Below, in pieces: positions 9,282-19,521 of a DNA stretch of 64,000 nt. The stretch is taken from sequence record LC667451.1. The stretch is one strand, 5' to 3'. The translations under genes and the position numbers were made by a program. Each line of letters begins with the position of its first letter. Positions within the stretch are counted from its first letter, which is position 1. The notes beneath the pieces were generated by a model that was not told the DNA's origin, did not search any database, and saw only the letters and a program-made list of their open reading frames with translations.

Positions 9282-11570
9282 TTACACCGCAGCCGGAGCC
9301 TTGGCCGGAGCTTCACCACTCGCAGGCTTGGCGGCAGCCGGAGCTGCGCCGTACTGCTTGAGCGATGCGTCGACCCAGTTCAGTGCTGCATTGCCGGTAC
9401 GCAGAGCGTAGATGTTGAACTCCTTGAACGGCTCTTCCAGGGCCTTCTTCACGCCCAGGATAGCTTGCTTGGTGTTCTCCGGCGACGGACCGCTGGTGTC
9501 AGCGCTCTGGCCTTCTTGCGCAGCGAACTTCTTCGCCGTGGCAGCCAGTTCCTTGATCACGCCAGCCGCAGCACCAATACTGTTCTTGGCCGTCTTGATG
9601 ATAGCAGCCAGTTCAGCAACTTGCTTCGCGACCGTACCAGCTTGCGGCAGCGACAGAACCGGCAGCTTGCTCTGCACGTTGCCTGCACCTTGTGCTTCGT
9701 CCATACCTGCGGTCGATTCGCCCATGTTCGAATCGTTGCCGATCTTGAAGACGATTTCCTGATTGCCCGGCAACACGTCCGAAGCAAACACCTGGAAACC
9801 ATCTTCCGAGCCGCGCTGCTTCGCGATGCTCATGACCGCGTTGCCCCACGGCGAGGTGATCGTCATGCCGCCCAACGAGGCGCCATCTTGACCCTGACCC
9901 ATCTTGGCGGTGCTCGTCGCGAACGAAAGAACCTTCTCGTAGCCAGCGTACAGTGCCTTGGCCGTCTGACCCAGCTTGGCCAAACCGTTCACGTCAACCT
10001 TGCCACCGATTGCCAGTGCTTCGGCAACTTGTGCATTGTCGACTTCGCGGGCCGTCGGTTGACCTTGCGTCGACTGAGCTTGTTGAGCCAGCTTGTTCGC
10101 ACGGTTTTCCAGCTGCACAGCAGCGTTGGTCAGCTTCTCGCCGAGTTGCAGGAGGAATTGACCCGCGGCAACCAGTGCCTTCCAGATCTTGTCCCACACG
10201 GTCTTCAGCGCCTGGCCGATCGCTTCCATCGACAGTTGCGTCGAGGACATCTGCTTCGACACACCGCCGAACGATTCGAGCGACAGGACGTGCGGACGTT
10301 CCGCGACGGGGATGTCCAGACGGTTCAGATAGCCTTCGAATGCGTGACGGAAGATCGCGGCACCGCTGCGATTCAGGCCGCCCGTTTCCTGAGCGATCTT
10401 CAGCGTTTCGCGCAGATGTTCCAGCGCTTCGACGACTTCACGACCGGCTTCGACTTGTTCGCCGACTTCGTCGACGCTCTTTTCAGCGTCCGCGACTTCG
10501 AGCAGTTCACCTTCCAGACCGCCAGCAGCTTCGTCGAGTTGACCAGCTTCGGCTTCGACTTCCGTCGGCAGGCCTGCACCAGCTTCTTCGCCACCTGCGG
10601 GTTCCATCGGCTCAGCAGCGCGCATGCCGCGCCCTTCAGCACGAGCCACCAGCGCACGTGCGTTTTCGAGTTCGACCGGATCGATGTCGTCCACGCCACC
10701 AGCGTCGGGAGTAGCAGCCGGTTCGCCAGCGTCGACACCCGGCACTTCCGTACCAGCATCCGCGCCCAGATCGGCACCCGCTTCGCCCGTCGGCACTTCC
10801 GTTTCGCCGCCGCTCATCGCAGCTTCGCCACCTTGGCCGGGGATCGCACCTTCAGCGCCTTCAGCACCAGCAGCCATTTCAGCGGGGTCGCCTGCGACTT
10901 CCGGGGGCATCGTGCCTGCTTCGGCAGCACCAGCTTCGGCACCTGCGTCGATCGGGGGAACTTCAGCAGCCGGGGGTTCACCCGCACCTGCTTCCGCGCC
11001 GTCGACCGGCGGCACAGCGGCTTCGCCGCCTTCACCTGCTTCTGCTGCGGCAGCCGCTTCACCTTCCGGTGCGACGTCCGGTGCAGCCGGAGCTTCTTCT
11101 TGCTTGCGGATTTCTGCTTCCGCTTCGTCCGAAGACATGCCTGCGTCTTCGAGCGCGACCTTGATACGTGCACGTTGGATCGGCGAGAACTTCGCCTTCT
11201 TGCCGTGGCTTTCCAGCGCGCCAGCCGTGCCAGCGATCTTTGGCGGCTTGCCTTCGTCGCCCTTGGCGATGCTCTTCGTCGGGTCTTCACCGTTGGACAG
11301 CTGAGCCGGGACTTCGCCGTCTTGCTTCACAGCCGACGAACCGATGTCCTTCTTGTCAGCGGGTTCCTGGTCGCCCTTGTCCTTGCCTGCAACCGACAGC
11401 GTGGGATCTTCACCGTTGCTGATGTTGGCAGGCACTTCACCGTCTTTGGTCGGCTTCGGGATGCTCTTGTCGCCAGCGCCGATGGCAGCTGCGGCTTCTT
11501 TCGACAGACCGTCGGTGTTTTCCAGCGCGACCTTGGAACGGGCGCCGAAACCATTGCGAATGCTACGCAT
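9282..11570 (-). CDS. Internal head protein with long acidic low-complexity propeptide
   Basis: Several ALE sites, A/E/G/P-rich N-terminal half, LSME/AI site followed by the family helix (VWDKIWKAL). Confidence 0.7.
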   Translation of the reverse strand: MRSIRNGFGARSKVALENTDGLSKEAAAAIGAGDKSIPKPTKDGEVPANISNGEDPTLSVAGKDKGDQEPADKKDIGSSAVKQDGEVPAQLSNGEDPTKSIAKGDEGKPPKIAGTAGALESHGKKAKFSPIQRARIKVALEDAGMSSDEAEAEIRKQEEAPAAPDVAPEGEAAAAAEAGEGGEAAVPPVDGAEAGAGEPPAAEVPPIDAGAEAGAAEAGTMPPEVAGDPAEMAAGAEGAEGAIPGQGGEAAMSGGETEVPTGEAGADLGADAGTEVPGVDAGEPAATPDAGGVDDIDPVELENARALVARAEGRGMRAAEPMEPAGGEEAGAGLPTEVEAEAGQLDEAAGGLEGELLEVADAEKSVDEVGEQVEAGREVVEALEHLRETLKIAQETGGLNRSGAAIFRHAFEGYLNRLDIPVAERPHVLSLESFGGVSKQMSSTQLSMEAIGQALKTVWDKIWKALVAAGQFLLQLGEKLTNAAVQLENRANKLAQQAQSTQGQPTAREVDNAQVAEALAIGGKVDVNGLAKLGQTAKALYAGYEKVLSFATSTAKMGQGQDGASLGGMTITSPWGNAVMSIAKQRGSEDGFQVFASDVLPGNQEIVFKIGNDSNMGESTAGMDEAQGAGNVQSKLPVLSLPQAGTVAKQVAELAAIIKTAKNSIGAAAGVIKELAATAKKFAAQEGQSADTSGPSPENTKQAILGVKKALEEPFKEFNIYALRTGNAALNWVDASLKQYGAAPAAAKPASGEAPAKAPAAV

Positions 11571-11692
11571 TTTTGTGTTTCCCTATCGATAGGTTGAATC
11601 GGAGTGCACTTCCTTTACAGCAGAGTACCCGCGCGGTACATCCTTAATAACCCTGGGTTATGGTTACTATAGTATTTGCGCGGGCGCTCGCT

Positions 11693-12310
11693 TTAGGAAC
11701 GAATACCGAAAAGGATGTGGAGACTTTGCAGCAGATCTTCCAGGCCGTTGGGCTGTGCACACCATCCTTGCAGGACGTCGACCACGGTCGTGTTACGGCG
11801 CTGACGCACGTAACCATTGGTCGTGATGCCGAAGAACTCGGCCGCCGTGTCGCTGACCTTACCGCGGAGTTCACCGCTGTCGGAATAGTCGAGCAGGCTG
11901 TCCCACGTTTGAAGCGACATCTCACGACGACCCGTCATGATAAATCGCAGACAATCCTCGAGGAACTTGCGATGCAAATCGCCTACCGAGGGGCTTTCGA
12001 ACTGCTTGAGGTACCAGAAGTCGAACGACTGGCTACCGAAGGCACCCAGCGCGGTAATCATCACCAGTCGCTGGAAGTCGAAGCTCGAGGCCTTGTAGGT
12101 GTTACGCAGATACTTCGAGTACAGAGACTCGACGTTCTCGTTCACCATGATCTGGCCGGAGCTATTTTGGAAGAAGTTCAGACTCGGTTGGAGTTGACGG
12201 TACTGGGCCTCGAAAGGCGCAGGTGTCTTCTCGATCCGCGGAGCCAGGATCGAACCCAGGAACCCCCGCGGATAGATCGTGAACCCTTCATTGCTCACGA
12301 GATTAGCCAC
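11693..12310 (-). CDS. Virion structural protein (gp91/92-like position)
   Basis: 205-aa ORF overlapping the upstream stop; synteny. Confidence 0.6.
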   Translation of the reverse strand: MANLVSNEGFTIYPRGFLGSILAPRIEKTPAPFEAQYRQLQPSLNFFQNSSGQIMVNENVESLYSKYLRNTYKASSFDFQRLVMITALGAFGSQSFDFWYLKQFESPSVGDLHRKFLEDCLRFIMTGRREMSLQTWDSLLDYSDSGELRGKVSDTAAEFFGITTNGYVRQRRNTTVVDVLQGWCAQPNGLEDLLQSLHILFGIRS

Positions 12311-13199
12311 CGTACTTCTCCTCCATTTTCTTGATCTTGTACTGCAGATCCTTGGCGCGCCCTTCCAGATAGTCGATTTCCTTCTGGACCTTCGGGTTGG
12401 GTTTGCCGCCGTGCACCTGCTCGAGGTTCAGCTTACGCAGCTGCACGAGCTTGAGGGTTTCCTTCGCTTGTTTGTAGCGATCGGCTTGCCATTCGGCGAC
12501 CAGCAGGCCGATGCCGTACAGCGGCGACCAGGTGCCGATCAGATTCTGCTGAAGAGGATCGAGCTTCGTCTTGCCCATCGTTTCCGGCAGCGTCGTCTCG
12601 TTGTCTTCCGTGACGATGATGTCGGGCACTTCCGAGAGCTTCTTCTTGACTTCAGCCGGGTTCTCGGTCACGACGTTGAACGCCGCGCAGAACGACAGGA
12701 AGTTGTCCTCGATCCACTGCTTCTCAGCAGGCGTGATTGCATCACGGATCGTGGTGCCGCCTTCTTCGAACTCGGCCGTCTCACAGACGTACACGTAGTT
12801 CAGGAACTGGACCATGAAGCGCGAAACGAACTGGACGTTGGAGACGAACTGCAGCAGCTGCGTCTTCTTGTACGTCATGCCCGAGGCGATGATCTCGTCA
12901 CCCATCGACTGCTTGATGAGCTCTTCGACATCGTTCAGGTTCTGCACCATGATCGGCAGACCCCGGTCGAGCGTCACGATGATGTTGCCACCGTTGCTCT
13001 TCACGAGGCTCTTCCAGGTGTCGATGCGATCTTGCATCTCCTGGCTCTTGAAGGACCAGGACTTGAGGAACACCGCCGCTTGCCCGTACATCGGCTTGAG
13101 CGTTTCTTCGATTTCCGCCCGCGTCAGACGGCAATCCTCGATGATGCGATCGCGGCCGAACGACGGCAACAGGCGACGCAGGAATTCACTGATTTTCAT
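12303..13199 (-). CDS. Head protein (gp90-like)
   Basis: 298-aa ORF with strong codon bias; synteny. Confidence 0.65.
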   Translation of the reverse strand: MKISEFLRRLLPSFGRDRIIEDCRLTRAEIEETLKPMYGQAAVFLKSWSFKSQEMQDRIDTWKSLVKSNGGNIIVTLDRGLPIMVQNLNDVEELIKQSMGDEIIASGMTYKKTQLLQFVSNVQFVSRFMVQFLNYVYVCETAEFEEGGTTIRDAITPAEKQWIEDNFLSFCAAFNVVTENPAEVKKKLSEVPDIIVTEDNETTLPETMGKTKLDPLQQNLIGTWSPLYGIGLLVAEWQADRYKQAKETLKLVQLRKLNLEQVHGGKPNPKVQKEIDYLEGRAKDLQYKIKKMEEKYGG

Positions 13200-13256
13200 A
13201 ACTAACCTTGAAGGATTGCCTCCCCCTTAATCAGAGGGAGTGCCGACTGTGGGAGA

Positions 13257-14348
13257 TCAGAACGACGGTGCTTGACCGAGCTGATACGCCTTGAGGATTT
13301 CGCCGATGTCCGGACCGTCACCCTTTTGCGCTTGCTTGAGCGCCTTGAAGGGCAGGCTCGTCGCTTCGGGAATCGAGCGGTGATAGAACGTCACGCGATC
13401 CCATTGCGTATCGAGCACGGCGACGATCATCAGGCTCGTTTCCTTGAACAGCTTCTCGCGCACGCGGAAGTTCGAGAACTTCGCGTTCAGTTCGAGTTCG
13501 AGCTGCGCGATGGTGTTCGCCGAGCAGATCACCATGTTCGACGCGGTCGCTACCGACGGCGTACCCGACACGATGGTCGCGATCTGGTTGTTACGCTTGC
13601 GCTTGATGATGTTCGTGAACGTGCCGTCGGCGTCGTCCATGAGGTTCTTGCGGTGCGCGTCGATCAGATCCAGGCAGAGGATGAAATCCCGGAAGAACTC
13701 GATTCGGCCCGAGCGCCACGCATGGAAGCGCTCTTTCATCGTCGTGTCCTTGTTGCCAAGGCTAAGAATATGAACCAGGTTCTGTGTGGGAATGTCCATG
13801 GCGATCAGGCGCAGCGCCACGGGAATCACACCCTTATGGCCGTTGTCCGTGATTTCCACCGACAGCATCTTGCCGACGGACAGATTCGCCACCGTCTGGG
13901 CTTCCTTCAGGCCAGCCTGCGACAGACCAATGCTGCCTTCTTCAAGCGCTTGCTTGCCGAATGCGGGCAGCGCGTCCTTGTAGCTTTCCATCGACAGCAT
14001 GGCGATCGCGCCTGCGGCCTTATCGGCTGCCGCACCCCAGATCTGACCGTTCGTTGCACTGGTCAACGGGTCGCGATTCGGGTTGAACTTGTCCAGCTTG
14101 CCCATCACGTTCACGTTGCCGATGGTGGCCGAGAGCGCAATGGCTTGCAGGTAATAGCCCGCAAACATCGCCTGCAATGCCTGCATCGCATCGAAGGTTT
14201 CCGGCGCGTAGAGTACGTCCGCGTCGACCAAGCACAGCGGTTCGACACGAGCGGGTTTGCTGTACTCGATGAGTGAGTCAGCGCGCGTAGCGGCGATGAC
14301 CTCGGCTGCATGACGAATGGCGCCGATGCCGATATTGGCGATACTCAT
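13257..14348 (-). CDS. Head protein (gp89-like)
   Basis: 363-aa ORF with internal LSME/ALEE sites; divergent from the gp88/gp87-like pair as in phiKZ. Confidence 0.65.
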   Translation of the reverse strand: MSIANIGIGAIRHAAEVIAATRADSLIEYSKPARVEPLCLVDADVLYAPETFDAMQALQAMFAGYYLQAIALSATIGNVNVMGKLDKFNPNRDPLTSATNGQIWGAAADKAAGAIAMLSMESYKDALPAFGKQALEEGSIGLSQAGLKEAQTVANLSVGKMLSVEITDNGHKGVIPVALRLIAMDIPTQNLVHILSLGNKDTTMKERFHAWRSGRIEFFRDFILCLDLIDAHRKNLMDDADGTFTNIIKRKRNNQIATIVSGTPSVATASNMVICSANTIAQLELELNAKFSNFRVREKLFKETSLMIVAVLDTQWDRVTFYHRSIPEATSLPFKALKQAQKGDGPDIGEILKAYQLGQAPSF

Positions 14349-14380
14349 TGTAAATCCTTCTCAGTTTAAGGTTTCTTCAA

Positions 14381-15520
14381 ATGGCTGATCCATACAACAT
14401 TACAGTCGACGACATCCTGATGGCGTCCAATGATGGAACCTCCGTCTCCGATAAGGTCGACCAGATTCTCCAGATGGGACCAGCAGGCTCGTTCGACACA
14501 GCCATTGGTAATACCGCGTTTGGTTTAAACCATCGGCAACAACCTCCGGCAATTCTCAGCAATCGTGATCATTACGGCTACACGTTCTTTACGCGTCCCC
14601 GGATGAACATGACTGACGACAACCTCCGGACTCAGCGTCGCTTCGGCCCGTTGCTCTCGCAACTCGATTACAGCTGGCAACGCTTTACGCGCTGCACGCT
14701 CGATCCGGACCTCGCCTGGGCGGATTCTCCGGTGAGCTGCTCGCTCGTCGATCGTCAACAAGCCTTCATACCTATCCTTTCGAACAACCTCCTGTCAATG
14801 ACGGGCTGGCCTGATCTCGAAGCCATGACGTTCACTGCGCATGAAGGCATATACAAAGAATCCTTCAGCATCGTGGATAGCGTGGTCGATAGGTACGAGA
14901 CATACGATATAACCGCCAATTTCCGGAACCTGCCGGGTGATCCGATCACCTTGATGTTCCTGACGTGGCTGTATTACGAGTCGTATGTGTACCTGGGTGA
15001 GATCGTCCCTTACCCGGATATGCTCATCAATAACGAGATCGATTACCAGACGCGCATTTACCGTTTGGTGATGGATGCGGATAAACGTCGTGTGCAGGGC
15101 ATTGCGGCATGTGGTGCGGCTTTCCCGACGACCTGTCCGATCGGGGCGAAGTTTAACTTCGAGCACGACCAGCCGTTGAACAAGAACATGGATCAGATCA
15201 GCATCACGTTCCGCTGTGCGGGTGCCATGTACAACGACGACATCCTGATCGATGAGTTCAATCGGACCCAGGCCCTCTTTAACAGCAACATGAACCCGAA
15301 TAACTTCAGTGGTTCGGGACAGAGCACGACGAACTCAACGGGCTATCGCTTGCTGGCATTGAACGAGCTGGAGCTCTTTAACAATACGGGCTATCCGCGG
15401 ATTGATCCTGTGACGTACGAGTTGCAGTGGTGGGTCGATAGCTCGACTTATCAGCGCATGCTGCCCTTCCTCTCGTACCAACAAGGACTCATCACGCGAC
15501 TCGCTTCGCCGACAAGCTAA
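14381..15520 (+). CDS. Baseplate/tail-tube initiator-like virion protein (gp88-like)
   Basis: 379-aa ORF directly upstream of the large wedge gene; synteny. Confidence 0.6.
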   Translation: MADPYNITVDDILMASNDGTSVSDKVDQILQMGPAGSFDTAIGNTAFGLNHRQQPPAILSNRDHYGYTFFTRPRMNMTDDNLRTQRRFGPLLSQLDYSWQRFTRCTLDPDLAWADSPVSCSLVDRQQAFIPILSNNLLSMTGWPDLEAMTFTAHEGIYKESFSIVDSVVDRYETYDITANFRNLPGDPITLMFLTWLYYESYVYLGEIVPYPDMLINNEIDYQTRIYRLVMDADKRRVQGIAACGAAFPTTCPIGAKFNFEHDQPLNKNMDQISITFRCAGAMYNDDILIDEFNRTQALFNSNMNPNNFSGSGQSTTNSTGYRLLALNELELFNNTGYPRIDPVTYELQWWVDSSTYQRMLPFLSYQQGLITRLASPTS

Positions 15521-15532
15521 AGGAAAAGGAAG

Positions 15533-18451
15533 ATGGCTGCTACGATTAGCGAACTGTTGTCGAACATGACGCAGTATCAGTACAACCCTGCATTGATTCA
15601 GCAGGACGTCCTGGACCACCTCGAAGTGGTGACCAGTGGCGGGGTGAATGTCGTCGATCCGTCGAACCCATTTGTGTTCGGTCTGGAAGCGGCGACGGTG
15701 ATGACGGCTGGCTTCATGGCCAAGAACGAAACCAACACCCGCAAGCAGTATCCGCAGATGGCACAGACCCCGGAAGATCTGTATCTGCACATGTCAGACT
15801 GGGACTACATCAACCGCTTTGCGAAACCCTCATCGGCGAACTTCTCGTTTGCTTTCGATAAGGACGAACTGATCTCGAAGCTGGTAACGGACCCCACGAC
15901 CGGCGTGTCGCAGATCGTGATTCCGCGCAACACGGTCGTAGCCTGTGCGGGTGTGTACTTCAGTCTCCAGTATCCGATCGTGATTCGCCAGATGCAACAC
16001 GGCGGTTTGAACATCACGTACGATGCGAGCGAAACCTCACCCTTGCAAACGCTCACCACCAACCAGATCGACTGGGAAACGCGTGGGACGGGAGCAAACA
16101 ACTGGGTGTTCTTCACGGTACCGCTCTATCAGTTCGACATCATCAGCACCAAGCAGGCGGTGTCGCTGGCGACCAAGTGGCAAACGCAGGTCAACATCAC
16201 GGACCAGTATTACTACACCCGTGTATGGTCACAGAACGCCGACGGTACGTGGACGGAAATCGCGACGACGCATTCGATCGAAGTGTATGATCCGACCGTG
16301 CCGACAGCTGTGTTGCAGGTGATCAACAAGACGCTGACCATCACCATCCCGCAGATCTACATGAACTCGGGACAGATCGGCAGTTCGATCCGGGTGGATG
16401 TGTACGAGACCAAGGGTAGTCTCAGCATGAACTTGTCGTCCTACGCACCGAATCAGTTCTCGGCGCAGTGGCTGTATCTGGACAACAATGACGTGCTGCC
16501 GACCAACTTCTCGGCGCCGCTGAAGAACTTCAACCAGCTGGCGATCTGGTCGGATGACCAAACGCTCGACGGTGCCGATGCACTGGACTTTGCGACCTTG
16601 CGTTCGCGCGTGATGACGAACTCCACGGGCGCCCAGAACCTGCCGATCACCAACGTGCAGATTCAGGCAGCCCTCACCGAGATCGGTTACGACTTTGTCG
16701 AGAACATCGACAACATCACGAACCGGATGTTCCTGGCCACCCGTGCGATGCCGGACCCGACGAACCCGTCGTTGATTACGGCTGCGGCGGCCTCTATCGA
16801 AACCATCGCGACGACGCTTGCTGAAGCAGCGACGCTCGGGACAGTGATCGATAACGGTAGCTCACTCACCATCACGCCGGATACGCTCTACCAGATCCAG
16901 TCGGGAATCGTGTCCTTCGTGCCGGACGCGGCGAAGGCTGCACTGATGGCGTTGCCGCCGGATCAACGCGCGTTGGCTGTGACGAACGGTCAGTACTTCT
17001 ATTCGCCCTTCCACTACGTGCTCGACAACTCGTCGGCTGAGTTTGCGATGCGTCCGTACTACCTGGATGCCCCGCAGTGTATCACCACGCTCTTTGTGTC
17101 GGAGAATGACACGACGTTGCTGCAGGTGACCACGGCACCGAGCTACTCGATCACGAAGACAGCGAGCGGCTACAAGCTGACGATTACCTCGGCGTCTAAC
17201 GATGCCTGGAAGGCGTTGGCGGATAACGACGTGTTTGTGCAGCTGGCGTACATTCCGGAAGGGGAGAGCAGCTACGCTTACCTGATGGGTACGCTCGATG
17301 GCAAGAACTCGCAAGGCGAACGTCAGTACTCGTTTGACCTGTCGTCGACTTTCAATGTCGATTCGAACGACATGCTGGAACTCGAGAAGTTCCTCATGTT
17401 CACCGCGCAACCGCTGTCCACCTCCTGCAAGCTGACGCAGACCTTTGAGATTCTCTGGTCGGTCGAAGCCGTGATGGACGTACAGTGGAAACCGGGCGAA
17501 GTAGACAACGTGCTGGGTCGTTTCCTGTTGCCTGCCGACGTGGTCGGTGTGACGCATGAACAGATCCGTATCGAGTTCGGTCAGGCTCTCTCGGCGCTGT
17601 GGGCCAACAGCCGTACGGTCGTGGACCAGATCCAGTACAAGACCTGGTCCACCGATGTGCTCTCGTACTGGCAGGAAGACGTCTACGTGACCAACGCCCA
17701 GGGCCAGGCGATCTGGATCGAGAATGGCCAGCTGGTCGGACCGACGATCCTGCATCACGCGGGTGATCCGGTGATTGATCCAGGCACGGGTCAGCAAGTC
17801 TATCTGCATCGCGCAGGTGACGTGATGTACGACGTCGACGGTAATCAGATCCCGGTGGGTACGCAAGATGTGTTGCGGGCACTGGACCTGATGCTGCTGG
17901 AAGGTGTGTATGCTTTCGCCACGGATACGATTGCCACCGGCTATCGGACCGAATTGGTGGATACGGTACTCGCCTGGTTGACGGAAGACCTGGTGGCGTT
18001 CCAGGCCAAGCTGCTGGAGCAGACCAACATCTACTTCTATCCGAAGGCCACCACGGGCAACATCGACGTGATGATCAACGGCGGCTTGAAGACCACCATC
18101 GCAGCAGGCCAAAGCTTTAACGTTACGCTGTATGTTCCGGCATCCGTGTACGGGAACTCGGATCTTCAGAACCAGATCGTTAAGACCACCATCTCGACGA
18201 TCGCCACCACGTTGGACAACGATACCGTAGCGGACTCGGCACTGAAGGTCGCGCTGATGAAGGTCTACGGCGATGACGTCATCGACTGCGAAATCACGGG
18301 GCTGGGTGGTTCACCTAACATCTCAGTGCTGACCGTGCTCGACGCATCGAACAAGCTGTCGATCCGCAAGCGTCTGTACGCGCAACCGGATAACAGTCTG
18401 ATTGTTCAGGAAGACGTTACCGTCACGTTCGTGCAACACCAGTTGTCGTAA
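15533..18451 (+). CDS. Large baseplate wedge protein (gp87-like; T4 gp6/baseplate J-like)
   Basis: 972 aa; DP(S/T)NPF motif and the DALDFATLRSRV segment typical of J/gp6-type wedges; RBS AAGGA. Confidence 0.7.
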   Translation: MAATISELLSNMTQYQYNPALIQQDVLDHLEVVTSGGVNVVDPSNPFVFGLEAATVMTAGFMAKNETNTRKQYPQMAQTPEDLYLHMSDWDYINRFAKPSSANFSFAFDKDELISKLVTDPTTGVSQIVIPRNTVVACAGVYFSLQYPIVIRQMQHGGLNITYDASETSPLQTLTTNQIDWETRGTGANNWVFFTVPLYQFDIISTKQAVSLATKWQTQVNITDQYYYTRVWSQNADGTWTEIATTHSIEVYDPTVPTAVLQVINKTLTITIPQIYMNSGQIGSSIRVDVYETKGSLSMNLSSYAPNQFSAQWLYLDNNDVLPTNFSAPLKNFNQLAIWSDDQTLDGADALDFATLRSRVMTNSTGAQNLPITNVQIQAALTEIGYDFVENIDNITNRMFLATRAMPDPTNPSLITAAAASIETIATTLAEAATLGTVIDNGSSLTITPDTLYQIQSGIVSFVPDAAKAALMALPPDQRALAVTNGQYFYSPFHYVLDNSSAEFAMRPYYLDAPQCITTLFVSENDTTLLQVTTAPSYSITKTASGYKLTITSASNDAWKALADNDVFVQLAYIPEGESSYAYLMGTLDGKNSQGERQYSFDLSSTFNVDSNDMLELEKFLMFTAQPLSTSCKLTQTFEILWSVEAVMDVQWKPGEVDNVLGRFLLPADVVGVTHEQIRIEFGQALSALWANSRTVVDQIQYKTWSTDVLSYWQEDVYVTNAQGQAIWIENGQLVGPTILHHAGDPVIDPGTGQQVYLHRAGDVMYDVDGNQIPVGTQDVLRALDLMLLEGVYAFATDTIATGYRTELVDTVLAWLTEDLVAFQAKLLEQTNIYFYPKATTGNIDVMINGGLKTTIAAGQSFNVTLYVPASVYGNSDLQNQIVKTTISTIATTLDNDTVADSALKVALMKVYGDDVIDCEITGLGGSPNISVLTVLDASNKLSIRKRLYAQPDNSLIVQEDVTVTFVQHQLS

Positions 18452-18470
18452 CACCAAAAAATAAAAGAGT

Positions 18471-18500
18471 CATAAAGGGGAGGCTTCGGCCTCCCCTATG
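18471..18500. terminator. CATA-hairpin-TATG element
   Basis: AGGGGAGGC-TTCG-GCCTCCCCT. Confidence 0.75.
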
Positions 18501-18524
18501 TTTAATCTGCTACAGGAGCTCGCT

Positions 18525-19166
18525 ATGAGCAACATCAAGTGTTTTCTCATCGAACCTGCAATGCAGGCTGAGATGAAATTGCGTCGCTATACCTACGTGG
18601 GTCATGCTGAGACGAAATGTCCGAATAGCCGCCTGGGTTCGCACTCGGCAGCGACACCGTACGGTCATGCTCCGCTTGCCATCGGGACTTCTCCCCATGG
18701 GTCGCGCTACTGGGATCTGGCCGTTCATGAACCCGCCCACGATGACACTCGTTGGCCAACGCACTGCGGCTGCGGCTACGCTTTCCTGCCAACCGACGAA
18801 TGGCAACTGTTCTACCGCGCACTCTACAAGCGCGTGGATGGCGAGCCGGGTCTGTGGTCCACCGATGACGCACCGGTCGGCGCGATGTGGTACGATCTAC
18901 AGGACGAGCGTGAAGACCGTGCCTTTGTCGGACCGGACGGCAAACGCCTCTTTGTCAAGACACCAGGTGGTGACTGGTGCATCGACTGGCGTGCCCGCAA
19001 CTGTACGCTGCCGCTCGATAACGAGCATCGCTGCTGGGTGCGACACGGTGTACCGCCGCTTGTCACGGTGGACAAGAACGGTTTGACCTGTGCGGCGGGT
19101 GCAGGCTCAATCGTCTGTGGTGACTACCACGGTTTCCTACGCAACGGCTACTTGGAGGGCTGTTAA
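18525..19166 (+). CDS. Cys/His-rich protein with a DUF6527-like C-terminal domain
   Basis: AGGAG RBS before ATG 18525; CGCG motif; GAMW...GPDG...PGGDWCID...C...HRCW...GSI...YHGFLRNG. Confidence 0.55.
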   Translation: MSNIKCFLIEPAMQAEMKLRRYTYVGHAETKCPNSRLGSHSAATPYGHAPLAIGTSPHGSRYWDLAVHEPAHDDTRWPTHCGCGYAFLPTDEWQLFYRALYKRVDGEPGLWSTDDAPVGAMWYDLQDEREDRAFVGPDGKRLFVKTPGGDWCIDWRARNCTLPLDNEHRCWVRHGVPPLVTVDKNGLTCAAGAGSIVCGDYHGFLRNGYLEGC

Positions 19167-19480
19167 TGAGTGAAATGCAACTCGGGGATCTTACCCCGAT
19201 GCGTGATCAGGAACTGACGGTCGAGTTTGTGAAGTACGTGCCGCAGCAATTGGTGCAGGGTGTACTCTATGTGTCGGAGGAATTCGGCACAGCGATTCAT
19301 CTGTGTGCCTGCGGCTGGTGCAAGCAGAAGACCGTCACGCCGTTCCACATCGGCGATAGGGGGTGGAAGTACACACGCAGTCCCGAAGACCGTGTAACCC
19401 TGTCTCCGTCGATTGGCAACTACCAAATGCCTTGTAAGTCACACTACTGGGTGAAGGACAACAAGATCATTTGGATCTAA
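19166..19480 (+). CDS. DUF6527 family protein (putative Zn-binding)
   Basis: LYVSEEFGTAIHLCACG...VTP...W...TLSPSIGN...CKSHYW matches the DUF6527 pattern; TAATG coupling. Confidence 0.75.
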   Translation: MSEMQLGDLTPMRDQELTVEFVKYVPQQLVQGVLYVSEEFGTAIHLCACGWCKQKTVTPFHIGDRGWKYTRSPEDRVTLSPSIGNYQMPCKSHYWVKDNKIIWI

Positions 19481-19484
19481 GCGT

Positions 19485-19515
19485 CATAGAGCCGGGGTCA
19501 CCCCCGGCTCTTATG
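19485..19515. terminator. Bidirectional hairpin between convergent genes
   Basis: GAGCCGGGG-TCAC-CCCCGGCTC with CATA/TATG flanks. Confidence 0.75.
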
Positions 19516-19521
19516 CCCTTC

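Noticed and set aside
9138-11597. 819-aa plus-strand ORF
   Set aside because: Antisense shadow of the strongly codon-biased 9282-11570 gene, with implausible composition.
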